From NCBI GenBank assembly GCA_946624985.1, contig CAMOSQ010000004.1, positions 7,034-71,033 on the forward strand: a stretch of 64,000 nt of DNA, read 5' to 3'. Positions 10,226-19,104 of the stretch are shown piece by piece (within the stretch, counting starts at the first letter, position 1; each line of letters begins with the position of its first letter). The notes under the pieces are model-generated. The model searched no databases, was not told the origin of the DNA, and worked only from the letters and a program-made list of their open reading frames with translations. The translations under genes and the position numbers were made by a program. This DNA is from an uncultured Bacillales bacterium. GTDB lineage: Bacteria > Bacillota_I > Bacilli_A > RF39 > UBA660.

Positions 10226-10260
10226 GTATCTAATATAACACAATTTCTAAATAAAAACAA

Positions 10261-10596
10261 TTATTTATTTAAATCCTCTATTATTTTTTCAATATTTTGT
10301 CCATACTCTATAGACTCATCAAAAACAAATTCTAACTCAGGCATATGTCTGATATCAATTCTATCACACAATTTCTTTCTAATAAATCCACTAGCATCCT
10401 TTAATGCATCCAAAGTCTCTTTACGTTTAGTATCATCTAAAACTGTAAAATAAACCTTCGCAAAACTTAAATCATTTGTAACCTTTACATCAGTAATAGT
10501 AACAAATTTAATATTAGGATTCTTAACTTCAGTAGCAAGTAAATAACTTATTTCTTTAACCATACTACTAGCAATTCTTTCAATTTTAATACTCAT
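10261..10596 (-). CDS. rbfA: ribosome-binding factor A
   Basis: RbfA-typical sequence (IKIERIASSMVKEIS...VKVTNDLSFAKVYF). ATG at 10596 follows GAGGTGGA. Confidence 0.9.
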   Translation of the reverse strand: MSIKIERIASSMVKEISYLLATEVKNPNIKFVTITDVKVTNDLSFAKVYFTVLDDTKRKETLDALKDASGFIRKKLCDRIDIRHMPELEFVFDESIEYGQNIEKIIEDLNK

Positions 10597-10645
10597 GTTA
10601 TCCACCTCACAATAAGTATATCAAAAATATGAATTAATGTAAATA

Positions 10646-10680
10646 AAATAAAAAAGGGCTCTATCCTAAAATAGGCCCCT
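10646..10680 (-). terminator. rho-independent terminator after the Bro-N gene
   Basis: GC-containing hairpin ggggcctat...atagagccc followed by U6 on the minus strand. Confidence 0.65.
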
Positions 10681-10720
10681 TACAAAAAAGATTTAACTTT
10701 TTTTCTCGCATAACAAACTA

Positions 10721-11566
10721 TTAATTTAAATGTTCAAAGTCATTTTTATATTCATAACTTAATGAATTATCGCTACTAATTATTGTATCACCCAATGATT
10801 CTTCCATAGAATCTCTTGCAACTTTTGCCACACGTCCACCAGTTCTAGCAATCTTCTTATTTTCTTCTAATCCTAGTGGCCTATGTTTCTTAACTAATTC
10901 CCTCGTAGCAATCTCACCTAAATCAGTTAAAGCAACTTCTATATCTGTCATGTTATCCCTAAGAGATTCTTTTCTTAATCCTTTAAACTCTTTATAGTCA
11001 GATGCATTCATACCAGACCATTCCTTATAAATCTCATTAGTTAAAACCGCATACTCATAATTTTCTTTTATACCAAACTCTTTCCAAACATCAGTTAATT
11101 TATTTCTATTAAGAATGCCATTCAATCTTTTTTTAATCCATTCGTCATCATATCCACGCTTTTTATAATAATTAATAGCTCTATTAATAGCTAACTCAGG
11201 ATCAAACACTTCATCAATTCTCTCACTGCCTAAATTAGCCAACCAAACTTTGAATGGCTCAGCCTTTGGACTAGGAATAGATTCTATAAGTCTCAGTATT
11301 CCTTTTGTATCAAGTACATCAGTCAGATAATTTTTCCCATCTTTGTTAGATTTCATTTTCAGTTGTCCGATATTTTCGGACAACTGACTTCCCTCTTCTT
11401 TTAATTTAAGCTTTAAATCACTCCAATATTTCCTAGATCTACTAGAATTTGTCAACGCCTCTATAACATCAACAACACTGTAATAATAATCACCTTTATC
11501 TTTATCCCATATACTTCTTATTTCATTATCTTCAAATAAATTCGATATAGTTTCTAACTTATTCAT
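10721..11566 (-). CDS. Bro-N domain protein (prophage antirepressor-like)
   Basis: The N-terminus FEDNEIRSIWDKDKGDYYYSVVDVIEALT is Bro-N-like. The gene sits between the core genes rbfA and ruvB. Confidence 0.65.
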   Translation of the reverse strand: MNKLETISNLFEDNEIRSIWDKDKGDYYYSVVDVIEALTNSSRSRKYWSDLKLKLKEEGSQLSENIGQLKMKSNKDGKNYLTDVLDTKGILRLIESIPSPKAEPFKVWLANLGSERIDEVFDPELAINRAINYYKKRGYDDEWIKKRLNGILNRNKLTDVWKEFGIKENYEYAVLTNEIYKEWSGMNASDYKEFKGLRKESLRDNMTDIEVALTDLGEIATRELVKKHRPLGLEENKKIARTGGRVAKVARDSMEESLGDTIISSDNSLSYEYKNDFEHLN

Positions 11567-11790
11567 TAATAAACCTCGCCTTCTATATATAATACTAATA
11601 TATTATTGTTTAATATATAGTTTAGCTTTATTACTAAAGTTCTTCTCCTTCCATATAGATTTGCCCATTACTAAAATCAAAATTATATTCCTAATATTTC
11701 CCCGTATTATGCGAGGTTAAGCCTTAACATCAAATTAATTATACCAAAAATTAAATATAACAATCAACACTTTTAATTAATCTTTTGTAA

Positions 11791-11818
11791 ATAAAAAAAG
11801 TAAATATTTCTATTTACT
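11791..11818 (-). terminator. rho-independent terminator overlapping the ruvB stop
   Basis: Hairpin agtaaata-tttc-tatttact with U6 on the minus strand. Confidence 0.55.
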
Positions 11819-12806
11819 ATATTTCTTTATAAGGCAACCCTAAATGTTCATAAGCCTTCTTAGTAACAATTCTACCTCTACTAGTTCTCTTCATAAGTCC
11901 TTGTTGTAATAAATAAGGTTCATAAACATCCTCAATAGTAGTAACCTCTTCACCAATAGATGCAGCAAGAGCTTCAATTCCAACAGGACCACCATTAAAC
12001 TTATCAATAATAGACCTAAGTAAATTATAGTCAGTTTGATCTAAACCTAAAGAATCAACCTTTAACTTATCAAGAGCCATCTTAGTAATATCTAAATCAA
12101 TTTTACCATCACCTAAAACCAAAGCAAAATCCCTAACTCTTCTAAATAACCTATTCGCAATTCTTGGAGTACCACGACTACGACGAGCAAGTTCGTGAGC
12201 AGCATCATCATCAATAGGACAATCTAAAACACCACTTGTACGCTTAACAATTTGAGTTAACTCATCCTCAGTATAAAAACTAAGTTTAGAAACAATTCCA
12301 AATCTATCACGAAGAGGACCAGTTAAATCACCAGCACGAGTAGTTGCTCCAACTAAAGTAAAAGGAGGTAAATCAATCTTAATATTACGACTAGAAGAAT
12401 CAGTACCAACAATAATATCTAAAGTAAAATCCTCCATAGCAGAATATAAAATTTCCTCAACAAATCTAGGAATTCTATGAATCTCATCTATAAATAAAAC
12501 ATCACCTGGTTCCAAACTAGATAAAACAGCAGCTAAATCCCCACTCTTCTCAATAGCAGGACCACTAGTAGTCTTAATATTACTACCAAGCTCATTCGCA
12601 ATAATAAAAGACAATGTAGTCTTACCAAGTCCTGGAGGACCATATAACAAAACATGATCTAAAGCCTCATCCCTCATTTTAGCAGCTTTAATAAAAATAT
12701 TTAAATTTTCTTTAATCTCAGTCTGACCAACATATTCATCAATACTAGTAGGCCTAATAGCAGACTCAAAAGACTCCTCTTTAACATCAAATAACTTTTC
12801 TTGCAC
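11817..12806 (-). CDS. ruvB: Holliday junction helicase RuvB
   Basis: Walker [10 protein letters not shown] and a RuvB-typical sequence. GTG start follows GGTGA. Confidence 0.97.
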   Translation of the reverse strand: MQEKLFDVKEESFESAIRPTSIDEYVGQTEIKENLNIFIKAAKMRDEALDHVLLYGPPGLGKTTLSFIIANELGSNIKTTSGPAIEKSGDLAAVLSSLEPGDVLFIDEIHRIPRFVEEILYSAMEDFTLDIIVGTDSSSRNIKIDLPPFTLVGATTRAGDLTGPLRDRFGIVSKLSFYTEDELTQIVKRTSGVLDCPIDDDAAHELARRSRGTPRIANRLFRRVRDFALVLGDGKIDLDITKMALDKLKVDSLGLDQTDYNLLRSIIDKFNGGPVGIEALAASIGEEVTTIEDVYEPYLLQQGLMKRTSRGRIVTKKAYEHLGLPYKEI

Positions 12807-12810
12807 AAAA

Positions 12811-13365
12811 TCACCTCAATAATAATTTTAAAGCTTCCTTAACCTGTAACTCTAAAGCATTACCCTTATTAATATGAGGTAATACCTTATTAATATCTCC
12901 AGCCTTATAACCAAGAGCCTTCAAAGTTTCAACTAACTCAGTATTATCAATATTAGCAGTTAAATCAATATCCTTACTAAGTTTACCCTTTAAGTCCAAA
13001 ATAATTTGCTTAGCAACCTTCTCACCAATCTTAGGAAACTTCTTTAAATACAAAATATTTTCCCTTTCGATCGCATCAATAATTCCATCAATAGAGCCAG
13101 TTGCTAAAATAGGAAGTGCCATCTTACACCCTAATCCTTTAACATCTATTAATTTCAAAAATAAATCTTTTTCCTTTTTCTCTTTAAAACCATATAAAGA
13201 AATCTCATCCTCACGGACATATTGATAAACATAAACACGATAATCCTCATTAACATTAAAAGTATATGGATTAGCAGTAAATATCTGATACCCAATACCA
13301 TTATTATCTAAAGTAATATAATTACTTTCTATCTCTGTTATTCTACCTTCAATATATGAATACAT
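12811..13365 (-). CDS. ruvA: Holliday junction DNA-binding protein RuvA
   Basis: Begins MYSYIEGRI, which is RuvA-typical. Start moved to the ATG at 13365 after GGTGA. The ORF-track extension would run across the gene's own promoter. Confidence 0.9.
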   Translation of the reverse strand: MYSYIEGRITEIESNYITLDNNGIGYQIFTANPYTFNVNEDYRVYVYQYVREDEISLYGFKEKKEKDLFLKLIDVKGLGCKMALPILATGSIDGIIDAIERENILYLKKFPKIGEKVAKQIILDLKGKLSKDIDLTANIDNTELVETLKALGYKAGDINKVLPHINKGNALELQVKEALKLLLR

Positions 13366-13380
13366 ACAATCACCATTATA

Positions 13381-13410
13381 ATTATATAAAAACATTTGTT
13401 TGTTTGTCAA
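13381..13410 (-). promoter_or_regulatory. ruvAB promoter TTGACA-18-TATAAT with the AAACATTTGTTT palindrome in the spacer
   Basis: -35 at 13410..13405, -10 at 13386..13381, and the 12-mer at 13390..13401, identical to the core of the recA palindrome. Confidence 0.5.
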
Positions 13411-13496
13411 GAAATTTATACAAACTACTCTCAATATAATTATTCGATAAAATTATTAAAAATCCTTAAAAAAACAAAAAAAATATCCGAAGATAT

Positions 13497-13802
13497 TTAT
13501 TTTTTATGCATAAACGTTCTAATTGCGTAAAACTCAAACACAATCATAATAATTACATATGCCCATATTAGAACAATACTAAACTCATAATTAGTATACT
13601 TCTCTATTACAGTAGGAATATTACTAGGAATATTCTTATCAATAAAAGCATAAAGTGATCCACTAGTAAGCTTAATCTTTAAATAAGTAACTATTCTAAA
13701 GAATATATCAGTAACAGCTACCGCATAAACAAAAGAAGAAAAAGTTCTCTTAAATAAAAATACAAATAAAACTATAACAGCAATTAAAATTATTACATCC
13801 AT
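13497..13802 (-). CDS. small integral membrane protein
   Basis: 101 aa with three predicted hydrophobic spans. Overlaps the upstream gene's stop. Confidence 0.5.
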   Translation of the reverse strand: MDVIILIAVIVLFVFLFKRTFSSFVYAVAVTDIFFRIVTYLKIKLTSGSLYAFIDKNIPSNIPTVIEKYTNYEFSIVLIWAYVIIMIVFEFYAIRTFMHKK

Positions 13803-14521
13803 TACAAATCCTCCACACTTAAAATATTATTTACATTACTATATTCAATAATTACTTTATCATAAAAATCAGTAAGTTGTAAATTACTAAAATCAAATTC
13901 AACATTATTTACACCATTATTACCAGTAAACTTTACACCCATATAATTACTAGAATCATTTTCTATAAAAAAACCACTACCTAAAACACTATATAACGTA
14001 GAATAACTACCATCCTTAAAAACAGTAAAATAATCCTCTTCAACATTACTAATTAAATTAGAAATATTATTAATACTAAACTTAGATAAATTAATTAAAT
14101 CAATATCATTAGATAAGACATTAACACCATCTACAATAGAATAAACACTACCATCATAATAATATTTATTACCATCAAAATTAATAATACACTTATCCTT
14201 ACAAGTAACTAAATAAGACTTAACCATATCCCCTTTATAAAAACTAACATTAGCTTGATAACTATCTATACTAGAAAAATACTCTTTAACACCACTACTA
14301 GTATTTGAAAACTTAATCTCCTTTTTTGTTTCAACAATAGGTTCAACATAATCCCTATTACCACCTAGATTAACCATTAAAGAAATTATAAGAATTACAA
14401 TAAACCATAAACCTAACTTAATACCAGCACTAGCACGAGGACTCAAATTATCAAAAGATTTCTTATACTCCTTTAACTTTTGAATTCTCTTATTATCCCT
14501 TAACTTATCCTTCAATTTCAT
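13802..14521 (-). CDS. hypothetical membrane-anchored protein
   Basis: One TM segment after a basic N-terminus. The 4-nt overlap with the fmt stop suggests an operon. Confidence 0.5.
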   Translation of the reverse strand: MKLKDKLRDNKRIQKLKEYKKSFDNLSPRASAGIKLGLWFIVILIISLMVNLGGNRDYVEPIVETKKEIKFSNTSSGVKEYFSSIDSYQANVSFYKGDMVKSYLVTCKDKCIINFDGNKYYYDGSVYSIVDGVNVLSNDIDLINLSKFSINNISNLISNVEEDYFTVFKDGSYSTLYSVLGSGFFIENDSSNYMGVKFTGNNGVNNVEFDFSNLQLTDFYDKVIIEYSNVNNILSVEDL

Positions 14522-15483
14522 TCAAAAATCTTCCCTACAAAATTACCTTTATTTACCATTCCTCTAGCATAATCAGAAGCACTCATTCGAGTCTTTCCTT
14601 CAGGTTGAACAGTCAAAAATACAATCTCACCATCACTAACCTTAATACCAAAACCATCTGGATAAACAGCTGTAACCTCACCATCTAACTTATCAGAAAA
14701 AACATTATCCGAGATACGACTCTCCCAAACCTTTAAAATAGTACCATCAACTAATGTATAAGCACCAGGCCATGAATTAAGACCACGAATCTTATTATAA
14801 ACTTCTCTCTTAGACTTAGAAAAATCTAATTTTTCATCTTCTCTTTTAATAACATAACCATAAGTTGCCAAACTATCATCTTGAGGAGTACGACTGTTAG
14901 TACCATTTATAATAGAAGGTAATGTATCAAGAAGTAAATCTCTACCTAATACACTTAACTTATCATGTAATGTCTCAGCAGTATCTAAAATATCAATAGG
15001 AATTTCCCTTTGACTTATAATATCTCCCTCATCCATACCCTTGCTCATATACATAATAGTAATACCAGTCTTACTATAACCATTAATAATAGCCCTATGA
15101 ATTGGAGCTCCACCTCTTAACTTAGGAAGTAAAGATGCATGAACATTAATACAACCAAGTCTAGGTAACTCTAAAACCTCAGGAGGAAGAATCTTACCAA
15201 AAGCACATGTAATAATTAAATCAAGTTCCATGTCCTTTAAATCATCATAAATATCCATTAAATGATCAGGTTGTAAAACCAAAATAGTATTATCAATACC
15301 TACCTGCTTAACAGGAGAATATAAAATCTTACCCTCTCTACCAACCTTCTTATCAGGTTGAGTAACAATCGCACGAATCTTATAATTACTAACTAACCCC
15401 TTTAATACAGTCGCACTAAACTCAGGTGTTCCCATATAAAGTATCTTTAATTCTTTTTCTACATTAACATCTTCTAGATTCAT
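14518..15483 (-). CDS. fmt: methionyl-tRNA formyltransferase
   Basis: Motifs ILYMGTPEFS and NVHASLLPKLRGGAPI. ATG at 15483 follows GGTGA. Confidence 0.93.
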   Translation of the reverse strand: MNLEDVNVEKELKILYMGTPEFSATVLKGLVSNYKIRAIVTQPDKKVGREGKILYSPVKQVGIDNTILVLQPDHLMDIYDDLKDMELDLIITCAFGKILPPEVLELPRLGCINVHASLLPKLRGGAPIHRAIINGYSKTGITIMYMSKGMDEGDIISQREIPIDILDTAETLHDKLSVLGRDLLLDTLPSIINGTNSRTPQDDSLATYGYVIKREDEKLDFSKSKREVYNKIRGLNSWPGAYTLVDGTILKVWESRISDNVFSDKLDGEVTAVYPDGFGIKVSDGEIVFLTVQPEGKTRMSASDYARGMVNKGNFVGKIFE

Positions 15484-15534
15484 TATAATCACCACTATCA
15501 TTATACCTTATTTTAAAAAATAATACCATAAAAA

Positions 15535-16038
15535 CTATTTAAAAATAAAATAAGAAATAACTATAGCTGATACTATCCCAAATAAATCAGCTAACAACCC
15601 TACCTTTAAAGCATATCTAGTCTTCTTAATACCAACACTACCAAAATATAAAGTTAAAATATATAAAGTCGTATCAGTAGATCCCTGTATAACAGAAGCC
15701 ATCCTACCAATTAAACTATCAACACCATATGAAGAAAAAATATTATTTAATAAAACAATACCACTAGAACCAGAAATAGGCCTCATCAAACATAATGGAA
15801 CTAAATCTATAAATACTCCAAAAATAGGCTTCAAAAAACCTAAAACAAAACTTAAAAATCCACTCTTAATAAAAATATTAATACCAAGTATCATTCCAAG
15901 TAAATTAGGAAACAACTTAAATACCATATCAAAACTCTCTTTAGCGCCATCAACAAAAGTATCATAAATATCAACTTTCCTAAAAAAACCATAAAAAACT
16001 ATAAATAAAACAATAATAGGTAAAATTAAATTAGACAT
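15535..16038 (-). CDS. spmB: spore maturation protein B
   Basis: Polytopic membrane protein paired with spmA, with an 8-nt overlap at the spmA stop. Confidence 0.75.
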   Translation of the reverse strand: MSNLILPIIVLFIVFYGFFRKVDIYDTFVDGAKESFDMVFKLFPNLLGMILGINIFIKSGFLSFVLGFLKPIFGVFIDLVPLCLMRPISGSSGIVLLNNIFSSYGVDSLIGRMASVIQGSTDTTLYILTLYFGSVGIKKTRYALKVGLLADLFGIVSAIVISYFIFK

Positions 16039-16606
16039 ATTTCTTCCTATAAAGTCTATCAATAATTAAACCAAATACAGTAGAAGATAAAGACGCTAAT
16101 AAACACGGAATTATAACACCACTAGGATTAATACTACCATGCATCATTCTTAAAGAAATAATGGTCGTTGGAATAATAGTAAAACCAGTTGTATTTAAAA
16201 CTAAAAATGTAATCATCGAACTACTAGCTACATCACTACCACTTAAATTCTTTAAACTCTTCATAGTCTTTAAACCAATTGGAGTTGATGCATTACCTAA
16301 ACCAAACATATTAAAAACAAAACTAGAAGTAATTAAACTAATAACATCACTATCCTTTGGAATATCAGGAAAAATAAATCTTGTAATAGGATATAAAAAA
16401 ATAGACATTTTTTTTAACAATCCAGAAACAGAAGCTATCTTCATAATACCAAGCCATAAAGCCATAATAGGAAATAACTTTAAAACCATGGAGAGAACTG
16501 TCTCTCCACAAGACAATATCTCACTATTAACAACATTAATATTACCAGTAAAAAAGCCATAAACAACACCTATAATAATAAATACTCCCCATATTTTATT
16601 CATCAT
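16031..16606 (-). CDS. spmA: spore maturation protein A
   Basis: Nucleoside-recognition-type membrane protein directly downstream of dacB, as in Bacillus dacB-spmA-spmB. Confidence 0.75.
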   Translation of the reverse strand: MMNKIWGVFIIIGVVYGFFTGNINVVNSEILSCGETVLSMVLKLFPIMALWLGIMKIASVSGLLKKMSIFLYPITRFIFPDIPKDSDVISLITSSFVFNMFGLGNASTPIGLKTMKSLKNLSGSDVASSSMITFLVLNTTGFTIIPTTIISLRMMHGSINPSGVIIPCLLASLSSTVFGLIIDRLYRKKYV

Positions 16607-17657
16607 GAATTAGCCATCCCTTTAACTTATCAATAAAACTTTTTTTAATAACCTTCTCCTTATCTCTAACTAAAATAGGTTCGGTATGAATTATCTTATC
16701 ACCTAAATAAACCTCTATAACACCACCACCACTTTTATCAATCTTATACTTAAGAAAAACACTATCAATTTCATCTGAAAGTAAAGGATATGTATAATTA
16801 TTATCAATATACATCTCTTTATCACTTGAACTATCATCAGGAATACTAACTACCCCACTAGATAAAATTTGATAACTAGTATAATTACTAAAACCATACT
16901 CAAACAAATTCATATGATCAAAAAAATCATTTCCATCATTTAAAGTAACAACAGCTAAATTTAAACCATCACGACTAGCAGTAGTAACTAAAGTTCGACG
17001 AGCTTTCATAGTAAAACCAGTCTTACCACCAGTAGTATACTTATAAGAAAACAATAACTTATTCTTATTAGTCCAAGAATAATCATTCATATCAGTATGA
17101 ACAACATGCTTTTTAGTTGAAACAATATCCTTAAAATCAGAATTATTAATCGCATACCTAATTAATAAAGACATATCATAAGCAGTAGAAATATTACCAT
17201 CATCCTCTTCATCCAATCCACTTGGATTATTAAAAATACTATTCTTCATACCGAGTTCCTTAGCCTTATCATTCATCATATTAACAAAAGAAGAAATGTC
17301 TCCTCCAACATAAGAAGCAATAGCAAGAGCTGCATCATTACCACTTCTAAGCATTAAACCATAAACTAAATCACGCAATTTCATATGTTCATTTTGTTTA
17401 ACATAAATTCCAGATCCATATGCATCCTCTATCTCAGGACCAATAGTAACCTCTTCATCTAACTTACCAGACTCAATAGCAACTATAGCAGTCATAATCT
17501 TAGAAATAGAAGCAACACTTCTCTTATTATGAATATCCTTAGAATATAAAATCCTACCACTATCAGTATCAATTAAAATCGCACTAGTCGCACTTGTATC
17601 AATACATAATACCCTTATAGGAATAAACAATAATAAAAACAGCAATAATTTCTTCAT
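16596..17657 (-). CDS. dacB: D-alanyl-D-alanine carboxypeptidase (PBP5* type)
   Basis: Signal peptide, SxxK motif (SISK), SGN motif and KTG motif. Confidence 0.87.
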   Translation of the reverse strand: MKKLLLFLLLFIPIRVLCIDTSATSAILIDTDSGRILYSKDIHNKRSVASISKIMTAIVAIESGKLDEEVTIGPEIEDAYGSGIYVKQNEHMKLRDLVYGLMLRSGNDAALAIASYVGGDISSFVNMMNDKAKELGMKNSIFNNPSGLDEEDDGNISTAYDMSLLIRYAINNSDFKDIVSTKKHVVHTDMNDYSWTNKNKLLFSYKYTTGGKTGFTMKARRTLVTTASRDGLNLAVVTLNDGNDFFDHMNLFEYGFSNYTSYQILSSGVVSIPDDSSSDKEMYIDNNYTYPLLSDEIDSVFLKYKIDKSGGGVIEVYLGDKIIHTEPILVRDKEKVIKKSFIDKLKGWLIHDE

Positions 17658-17678
17658 AAACTCACCTAAATGAATATA

Positions 17679-17704
17679 TGAAAAAAAGGACTAAATTAGT
17701 CCTT
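17679..17704 (-). terminator. rho-independent terminator of the 52-aa ORF
   Basis: Hairpin aaggacta-aat-tagtcctt with a U-run on the minus strand. Confidence 0.6.
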
Positions 17705-17854
17705 CATTGTCAAACATACTTGATTTATAACTCCATTCTCTTTATTATTTCCGTTTGCAACAAAAAATGCAACAACTACAAAAAATGCAACCACAGCAAA
17801 CGCAACCAAAGATAAAAATAAATGCTGTTTTAAAAAATTTATATATTCGTGCAT
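17696..17854 (-). CDS. 52-aa single-pass membrane peptide
   Basis: Below the ORF-track size cut-off. SD GGAAGGA lies 5 nt before the ATG at 17854. Peptide: MHEYINFLKQHLFLSLVAFAVVAFFVVVAFFVANGNNKENGVINQVCLTMKD. An extended -10 tgtTATAGT lies upstream and a terminator downstream. Confidence 0.45.
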   Translation of the reverse strand: MHEYINFLKQHLFLSLVAFAVVAFFVVVAFFVANGNNKENGVINQVCLTMKD

Positions 17855-17924
17855 AAATGTCCTTCCACAACTATAAGTACTATAACATATTAAAATTTAC
17901 GAAAAAAGATAAATTTTCTTACGA

Positions 17925-18045
17925 ATAATCATTAAGAAATCTCACGATTTCTTCTTTTCTGCTTCGAAAGCCTAGTCACCTACATTCTCCACAGACTTAA
18001 AATCCATGGTCGCCACCGTACTCGTTTTCTTTTATTTTATTTATG
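17925..18045. ncRNA. GC-rich structured island; candidate small RNA or cis-regulatory RNA of unknown class
   Basis: Locally GC-rich (gcttcgaaagcctagtcacctacattctccacagac...ccatggtcgccaccgtactcg) within AT-rich intergenic DNA. Hairpins aagaaatc-nnnn-gatttctt and gctt-nnn-aagc are present. I did not recognise any coding frame. Confidence 0.3.
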
Positions 18046-18219
18046 ATAATAATTCTTTCATATATAGCTTTAAACCATAAAACATAATATTTTTCAATAC
18101 ATCATCTATAAATGATATCATACAAACAATTGTATGCAAACTGAAAATTGATTTTTTTAAATTTTTAGTATGACTTCCTATTATATAAAAAAATAGTAAA
18201 TAAGAATAATACCTATTTG

Positions 18220-19104
18220 TTAATCTAAAATATTATTAATTACCTTTAAAGAATCAATATGAATATCTTCTCCAATTAAACCAATTACTGGTCTTAATCC
18301 ATCATAATTATGAAAATCAGAACCAACAGTAGTAAATAAATTATTTCTAACAGCAAAATCATTCCATTGCTTAGTACAATCATGTTTTACATCAAATCTA
18401 TCAACATAAATATAATTAGACTCTAAACCATCAGCCTTCATATCATTTACAATATTTAAAATATCATCTTCACTCAAATTATCCTCAAAAGTATATGCAA
18501 CAGGATGAGCTAAAACAACCTTACCATTTGCCATTCTAATTAACTCTGCAGCCTGTTTAGGAGTCAAACTTTTCTTTTCAACATACGCAGAGCATCCTTC
18601 ATTCATAACGTTCTCAATAAACTCACCCTTAGATGGTATCTTATTAAAATTCTTTATCAATAAATCTTTATTATCAATATTATTAATTACATCTAAAGCG
18701 ATATGTGCCTTAGTAACTGCATCAATTTTTTCAAGTTCAGAAATATTAACAAAATAACCCAATCTATTTAAAGCAACAGAAACATTCTTTAAATAATCAT
18801 GTCTTGAATTTCGTATTTTTAATAATTGATTTCTAAACTCTATATTATTAATATCAATATTATACCCAAGAACATGAATACCACATTTATTTACTTTCGT
18901 TGATATTTCAACTCCAGGTATTAACTTAATATTATTATCTTTAGCATAATTAATTAATTCATTACTATAAGCATCAATTGTATCATGATCAGTAATAGAA
19001 ATACAATTTAGATTATTTTTTTTAGCTATATCAATAATCTCAAAAGGAGAAAAGCCACCATCCGACTTATTAGTATGAATATGTAAATCAATTATTTTCC
19101 CCAT
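18220..19104 (-). CDS. PHP-domain phosphoesterase (TrpH/YciV-like)
   Basis: N-terminus DLHIHTNKSDGG...ISITDHDT is a PHP-domain signature. Confidence 0.8.
   Translation of the reverse strand: MGKIIDLHIHTNKSDGGFSPFEIIDIAKKNNLNCISITDHDTIDAYSNELINYAKDNNIKLIPGVEISTKVNKCGIHVLGYNIDINNIEFRNQLLKIRNSRHDYLKNVSVALNRLGYFVNISELEKIDAVTKAHIALDVINNIDNKDLLIKNFNKIPSKGEFIENVMNEGCSAYVEKKSLTPKQAAELIRMANGKVVLAHPVAYTFEDNLSEDDILNIVNDMKADGLESNYIYVDRFDVKHDCTKQWNDFAVRNNLFTTVGSDFHNYDGLRPVIGLIGEDIHIDSLKVINNILD

Noticed and set aside
13366-13434. N-terminal extensions of many track ORFs (ruvA, clpB, der, gpr, rny, fmt, the histidine kinase, the SpoVIF-like gene, the YqxA-like gene, rpsT, rpsD and others).
   Set aside because: The extended starts lack an SD, often run through the gene's own promoter or into the upstream gene, and add non-homologous hydrophobic residues. 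An internal ATG preceded by GGTGA or GGAGG at 4-9 nt matches the known protein N-terminus in each case.
17925-18045. Possible small SRP RNA (AGG...GAAGCAG on the minus strand) or fluoride riboswitch (GCUUCGAAAGC-CUAGUCACCUAC on the plus strand).
   Set aside because: For SRP, the flanks cannot form the long helix 5/8 hairpin and there is no GNRA-capped helix. For the fluoride riboswitch, the P1 loop reads UCAC, which is identical and not complementary to the 3' CACC needed for the pseudoknot, and no plus-strand gene follows. I kept it only as an unclassified structured element.
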